From: Neocallimastix sp. 'constans'
Taxonomy: Eukaryota
Assembly: GCA_050613775.1 (NCBI GenBank)
Contig: JBODTK010000015.1
Span: 682,001-746,000 of the forward strand
Reading direction: 5' to 3'
DNA length: 64,000 nucleotides
Made by a program: the position numbers and the translations under genes. The notes under the pieces are model-generated. The model made no database searches. It was not told the origin of the DNA and worked only from the letters and a program-made list of their open reading frames with translations. This document shows positions 57,501 through 64,000 of this stretch, in pieces; the first letter of the stretch is position 1; every line of letters starts with the position of its first letter.

Positions 57501-59919
57501 GAGGTATAATGAATATAATGATAGAGGTGAAGTACCATCAAAGGAAATGAGACACCTTCATCATCATAGTTTTTTTTTTTCTTTAGCTTATTGGATTTTA
57601 AAAAAAGTTTTTTTTTTTTTTTTTTTGAAGGAGGTTAAAAAAAAATTTATATATAAAATAAATAGAATAACAATGTATATTTTAATATAAACAAAAAATA
57701 TATATATGTATATGTATATAATTAATGCATATATGGAATAAATATAATAAATATTAAAAAAAAAAAAAAAAAAAAGATAAGAAAGAAGAGTATTTAATGA
57801 TTAATTAAAATTTTTATATTTAATATTTAATATTTATTATTTAATAATAATAATAATGATTAATATTTTTGTATTTAATAGTTTTATAATTATCTAATAT
57901 TTGATAATAAAAAAAAATAAAAAAAAAAATTAAAATAAAATAAAAATTAATTATAATATTAAATATATTAAAAACAAATAAATATAGTTATAATCATATC
58001 ATGGTAATGAGGATGGCAATAACAGAATTATAATGGGTTATAAGTAATACATTGTTGTTATTGATTTCTACCGATAATAATATTAAGATAAATTATTATT
58101 ATTATTATTATTATTGTAATTAGTATTATTTTTATTATTATAAATATTATCTTTTAATTTTTTATTTAATTTTATTTCATTTATATCGATCGATGTTAAC
58201 TTTATTCTAATTTTTTATTGTAGGTTGTTATTAATTTTTTTTTTTTTAAAGAATTATTTATAATGCAAATATATGTAATAATAATAATAATACTATTAAT
58301 AATAATAAAAGATCGTATTAATAATAAATAATTGAATAATAAAATAATTAAAAAAAAAAATAAATTAATATGGATAATAAAATTTCTCCCCCCAAAAAAG
58401 GTATGAGAGATAAAAATTAAAAATTCGAGTTTTTATTTTATTTTATTTTATTATTTTATTTTTTCATTTTTTCATTTTTATTGATTTATTTTAATAATAA
58501 CTAATAACTAATAACTAATAATTAATAATAATAAATAATAAATAATATCATTATTTATTATTATTATTTTTATTATTTATTATTTATTATTTATTATTAT
58601 TATTTATTATTTATTAATAAATACTCTTTTTATTATTTATTATTATTATTTTTATTATTTATTATTTATTATTTACAATTTATTCTTTATTAATAAATAC
58701 TCATTTTAATTTATTATTTATTATTTATTATTTATTATAGTATGATTATTTTATTTTATTTTATTTCTTATTTATCTTTTATTGTATGATTATTTTTTTT
58801 TAATTTATTATTTATTATTTATTATTTTTTAATTTATTGAAACACTTTTACATTATTTATATTCCAAATAATACGTGGTTCATTTAAATTTTATAATTTT
58901 TATTTTTTTATTTTTATTTCTTTTTATTTCTTAACTTTTTTATTTCTTTTTATTTCTTAACTTTTTTATTTCTTTTTATTTTTTATTTCTTTTTATTTTT
59001 TATTTCTTTTTATTTCTTGTTTTCATTATAATTTTGGCTTCCTTTTTTTTTCTACTTTTTTTTCTTTTTATTATTCTTTATTTTTTTTATTATTCTTTAT
59101 TTTTATTTTTATGGTTTTTTTCTTTCCTTTCCTTTCCTTTTCTTTCTTTTTCATTTATTTATTTATGGGATATTTTATTTTTTATGGGATATCAACATAA
59201 ATTTAAATTAAATTTAATTAAAAAATGGATTATTAAATTTTATATTCAATAGAGGTAATATAGTTTTAAGTTAAAAATAAACTTTTTTATCGAATGAAAT
59301 ATAATAAAATATAATAAAATAGAATAAAATAAATAATATAAAGTATAGATTGAATATAATATAATATATAACAAAATAAATATAATAATATATAATAAAA
59401 TATAATAAAATAATAAATTAGTTTAAATTATTTATTTATTTAAATCAATTTAATTTAAATAAAAATATATAGAATTATATGAAATCTTTATACTTTCAAT
59501 TGAAATCACATATATTAATAATTTAAATGAAGATTTTCGATAATAAATTATTAAAAAAATAAATAAATAGATACATGAATAAATATATAAATTAATACTA
59601 AATAAATAATAATTAATAATAGTTTTATAATATTTAATAATAATTGATATATCTAAATTAGTAAATTAATAAAAAAAAAAATAATAAATATATATATAAA
59701 TTAATATATATATTTTAATAATTTTATTTTATTCATTATATTTGATGAGTATGAAATTATTTATTTTGTTTATACTTGGAATTCAATTGATTCAATTGAT
59801 TCTTATTAAATATTGATTATATTCAATCACTATAAAATTTGGGTTTTTCAATTATTTCTTTCATTTTTAATTTAATCCATAAAAAAAGTTAAAAAAAAAA
59901 AAAAAAAAAAAAAGAAAAC

Positions 59920-59942
59920 TATAAATAGTCAGTTAATTTCTC
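59920..59942 (+). promoter_or_regulatory. Putative TATA box plus pyrimidine element, xylA
   Basis: TATAAATAG at 59920 and TTTCTC 17 nt later. Confidence 0.5.
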
Positions 59943-60032
59943 TTTAAAAATTAATAAAATCAAATCAAAAAAAAATTAAAAATTTTTTTTTTATTTTTTA
60001 CCAATAAATTATTATAAATAAAATTATTCAAA

Positions 60033-61346
60033 ATGACTAAGGAATATTTCCCAGAAATCAGCAAGATTAAGTTCGAAGGTAAGGATTCTAAGAATCCTTT
60101 AGCTTTCCACTACTACGATGCTGAAAAGGAAGTTATGGGTAAGAAAATGAAGGATTGGTTACGTTTCGCCATGGCCTGGTGGCACACTCTTTGCGCCGAT
60201 GGTGCTGACCAATTCGGTGTTGGTACTAAGTCTTTCCCATGGAACGAAGGTACTGACCCAATCGCCATTGCCAAGCAAAAGGTTGATGCTGGTTTTGAAA
60301 TCATGACCAAGCTCGGTATTGAACACTACTGTTTCCACGATGTCGATCTTGTCTCCGAAGGTAACTCCATCGAAGAATACGAATCTAACCTTAAGGCTGT
60401 TGTTGCCTACCTTAAGGAAAAGCAGAAGGAAACCGGTATTAAGCTTCTCTGGAGTACTGCTAACGTTTTCGGTAACCCACGTTACATGAACGGTGCCTCT
60501 ACTAACCCAGACTTTGATGTTGTTGCTCGTGCCATTGTTCAAATTAAGAATGCCATTGATGCTGGTATTGAACTTGGAGCTGAAAACTACGTCTTCTGGG
60601 GTGGTCGTGAAGGTTACATGAGTCTTCTTAACACTGACCAAAAGCGTGAAAAGGAACACATGGCCACTATGCTCACTATGGCTCGTGACTACGCTCGTTC
60701 CAAGGGATTCAAGGGTACTTTCCTCATTGAACCAAAGCCAATGGAACCAACCAAGCACCAATATGATGTTGATACTGAAACTGTCATTGGTTTCCTTAGA
60801 GCCCACAACTTAGACAAGGACTTCAAGGTCAACATTGAAGTTAACCACGCCACTCTTGCTGGTCACACTTTCGAACACGAACTTGCCTGTGCTGTTGATG
60901 CTGGTATGCTCGGTTCTATTGATGCTAACCGTGGTGATTACCAAAACGGTTGGGATACTGATCAATTCCCAATTGACCAATACGAACTTGTCCAAGCTTG
61001 GATGGAAATCATCCGTGGTGGAGGTTTCACTACTGGAGGTACCAACTTTGATGCCAAGACTCGTCGTAACTCTACTGATCTTGAAGATATCATTATTGCT
61101 CACGTCTCTGGTATGGATGCCATGGCTCGTGCTCTTGAAAACGCTGCCAAGCTTCTTCAAGAATCTCCATACTGCAAGATGAAGAAGGAACGTTACGCTT
61201 CCTTCGACAGTGGTATGGGTAAGGACTTTGAAGATGGTAAGCTTACTCTTGAACAAGTTTACGAATATGGTAAGAAGAACGGAGAACCAAAGAAGACTTC
61301 TGGTAAGCAAGAACTTTATGAAGCTATTGTTGCCATGTACCAATAA
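60033..61346 (+). CDS. xylA: Xylose isomerase, class II, intronless
   Basis: 437 aa with motifs [43 protein letters not shown] and NFDAK. Closely resembles the Piromyces/Orpinomyces xylose isomerases. Confidence 0.98.
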   Translation: MTKEYFPEISKIKFEGKDSKNPLAFHYYDAEKEVMGKKMKDWLRFAMAWWHTLCADGADQFGVGTKSFPWNEGTDPIAIAKQKVDAGFEIMTKLGIEHYCFHDVDLVSEGNSIEEYESNLKAVVAYLKEKQKETGIKLLWSTANVFGNPRYMNGASTNPDFDVVARAIVQIKNAIDAGIELGAENYVFWGGREGYMSLLNTDQKREKEHMATMLTMARDYARSKGFKGTFLIEPKPMEPTKHQYDVDTETVIGFLRAHNLDKDFKVNIEVNHATLAGHTFEHELACAVDAGMLGSIDANRGDYQNGWDTDQFPIDQYELVQAWMEIIRGGGFTTGGTNFDAKTRRNSTDLEDIIIAHVSGMDAMARALENAAKLLQESPYCKMKKERYASFDSGMGKDFEDGKLTLEQVYEYGKKNGEPKKTSGKQELYEAIVAMYQ

Positions 61347-62609
61347 ATTAATTAAGAATTCTAAAAAAATAAAGAATAAATTTAATTAATTTTAGAATTT
61401 ATGTATAAAAAGTAATATCCCCCATAATTTAAGAAATATCTAAATAAAAATAAAATAATAATCTGCATTTTTTTTTTAATAATTCAATTGGTAAAAATTA
61501 ATTTTTTATAAAAAAAAAAAAGTACTAATTAAATATAGTACTTTTGAAAAGGAAAAAAGAAAATATAAAAATAAACAAAAAGCAAAATAAATTAGGAAAT
61601 TAAAAATAAAATAAAATAAATAGAAAAAATAAAATCCTATAATGTTTAGGATATAAATATCGAATAAAAAAAAAAAGAAAATTATTATTTTCATTTCCAA
61701 AGTATAAAGAAAGAAAATATTGCGTTTAAATTTTTTAAAAAAAAAAACAAAGCAAATAAAGCACATAAAAAAAATAATTAATGAATAAAAAATATTAATT
61801 AATAAAAAATAAAATAAATAAAAAAAAGTCTTTTTATATTATTTTAATTATTAGTGTTTATTTATTAAAATGAAAGAAAGAAATAAAAAGAATTTAATGT
61901 CTTTTTTTGGAAATAATTATATTAAAAAGATAAAAATAAGATTTCAGTTTGTGGAGAAATGCAGTTTAAAGGAAATTAATTATTTAATTCTTTTTTTTTT
62001 TTTTAATGAAAATAAAAAAAGTATTAATTTAATTTATTTAAGAAAAAAAAAAAAAAAAGAAATTTTAAATGTCAATAGTTGATTTTATTTTTATGAAAGG
62101 TATTTTAAATTTATTTTTATCCAAGAGATACCAGAGATAAATATTAATTAGTATTTAATTATTATATTATTTATCCTTTAATTATTTTATTATTTTATTA
62201 TTTAGTTAATGAATAACTCTATTATGATAACCTACTCCATTTCTTTAATTTAATCTAACTTTGAATTATTATTTATTTAAAAAAAAAAAAAAAAAAAAAG
62301 GAACAAACTTTATTTATTTATTTTTTTTATTTATTTTTTTTATAATATTTACTTTTAAAGATGATTTATTTTTTTTAATATTTATTTTCATTTATTATTT
62401 TTTTACTTTCTTTTTATATATATATATATATATATTAATTTTTTTTAATAGATGATCAATCTATTAAAAAAAAAATTATTGCATATAATACAATACAAGC
62501 ATCATTTTCATTTCCACTTTTTTTTTTTTTTTTTTTCAATCCTAAATTTAAAAATTTTTTTATAATTATTTATTTTTTATTAATAAGTACTCATTTATTA
62601 TTTTTATTA

Positions 62610-63130
62610 TTTTTATTATTTAATTATTTATTATTTATTATTTATTATTTATTATTCCAATATTATTTATTATTTATTATTTATTATTCCAATATTATTT
62701 ATTATTTATTATTTATTATTTATTATTTATTATTTATTATTTATTATTTATTATTTATTATTTATTATTTATTATTTATTATTTATTATTTATTATTTTT
62801 ATTATTTATTATTTATTATTTAATATTTAATATTTAATATTCATTATTTATTATTTAATTATTTATTATTTAATATTTAATATTTAATATTTATTATTTA
62901 TTATTTATTATTTATTATTTATTATTTATTGTTTATTGTTTATTATTTATTGTTTATTATTTAATATTTATTATTTATTATTTATTATTTATTATTTATT
63001 ATTTATTGTTTATTATTTATTATTTTTATTACTTATTATTTATTATTTATTATTTATTATTTAATATTTATTATTTAATATTTATTATTTAATATTTATT
63101 ATTTAATATTTATTATTTATTATTTATTTA
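62610..63130. repeat. (TTATTTA)n heptamer array
   Basis: Direct reading. Confidence 0.9.
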
Positions 63131-63870
63131 TAATTAAATTGTTCTTATTTTTTTTATTTTTGTTTATTCCTATTTTTTTTTTTTTTTGACATTGAATTAA
63201 AAATCAATCAATAAAATCAATACACTTAATGAGTTAATAAATAAATAAATAAATATTAATGTTAATAAATATATGGTAAATAAATAAATATATAATAAGT
63301 AAATAAATAAATAATAAAGAAATAATAAATATAATTTATATGTAATTTATTTGAAGAGGTGTTTTAACCCTTTTAGGAACATTAATCTTTTTTTTTTTCT
63401 TTTTTTATTTTTTTTAATTTTCTTTCTAAGAAAAGATGAAGCTTATTTAGAATTGGATAATAAAAAACAAAATATATTAATTTTCTAATTTTTTTTTTTT
63501 TTTTTTTTTAGTATTATATAAAAATAAATAATTTTTTTTTTTTTTAATAATTGATTTAATTCAATTGATTTAATATTTAATGATCGATTTAATTTCTCGT
63601 TTAATTAAGTAGAGAGGGAGGGGAAAAAAAAAAAAGGAGAGGGAGAAGGAAGGAAGGGAGAGAGACAGATTTAGTGAAAGAAAAGTTATTATTATTTATT
63701 ATTATTATTATTACTATTATTTAGTTTAAAAATAAATACTATACTGCATAACATACATTTAATATATCCATTGGTCTAATAATAATAATAATAATATATA
63801 AATATATATAAATATATATATATAAATAAAAAAAAATTTTTATTTATTTATTTATATTGTTATTGCTATT

Positions 63871-63907
<37 letters not shown>

Positions 63908-64000
63908 ACAATTAATTTGAATTATTAATTATTATTATTATTATTATTAATAGTAATATTAATAATATTAGCGGTAGTATTATTAGTATTTATTTATACT

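Noticed and set aside
60159..61343. Long antisense ORFs (215 and 177 aa) opposite xylA, and overlapping ORFs in both GH43 genes
   Set aside because: Shadow frames produced by codon bias of the real genes; no recognisable motifs.
34930..61346. Bacterial contamination or a true operon
   Set aside because: Genes sit in microsatellite-rich DNA contiguous with intron-containing genes, are kilobases apart, and have A-rich start contexts without Shine-Dalgarno sequences.

Overview
Extremely AT-rich eukaryotic DNA with spliceosomal introns, long microsatellites and poly-A/T runs. The gene content points to an anaerobic gut fungus (Neocallimastigomycota). In order: (1) a partial minus-strand coiled-coil repeat gene; (2) decayed Ty3/gypsy pol and Gag zinc-knuckle remnants; (3) a minus-strand gene of about 20 exons encoding five tandem MATH/TRAF-like domains, almost invisible in the ORF track; (4) a 5-exon, 931-aa receptor joining a bacterial-type sugar solute-binding domain to a class C-like 7TM domain; (5) a heavily deleted Ty1/copia element with an intact LTR and PPT, plus a second gypsy RNase H fragment; (6) two ~99% identical intronless GH43 beta-xylosidase/arabinosidase genes without signal peptides; (7) an intronless class II xylose isomerase (xylA). 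The most interesting pattern is that the putative sugar sensor, both xylosidases and xylA are consecutive intact genes on the + strand, and the three enzyme genes share promoter and 3' motifs. This resembles a fungal xylo-oligosaccharide sensing and utilisation locus built from bacterial-type parts. All calls come from manual translation and motif recognition; no searches were run.
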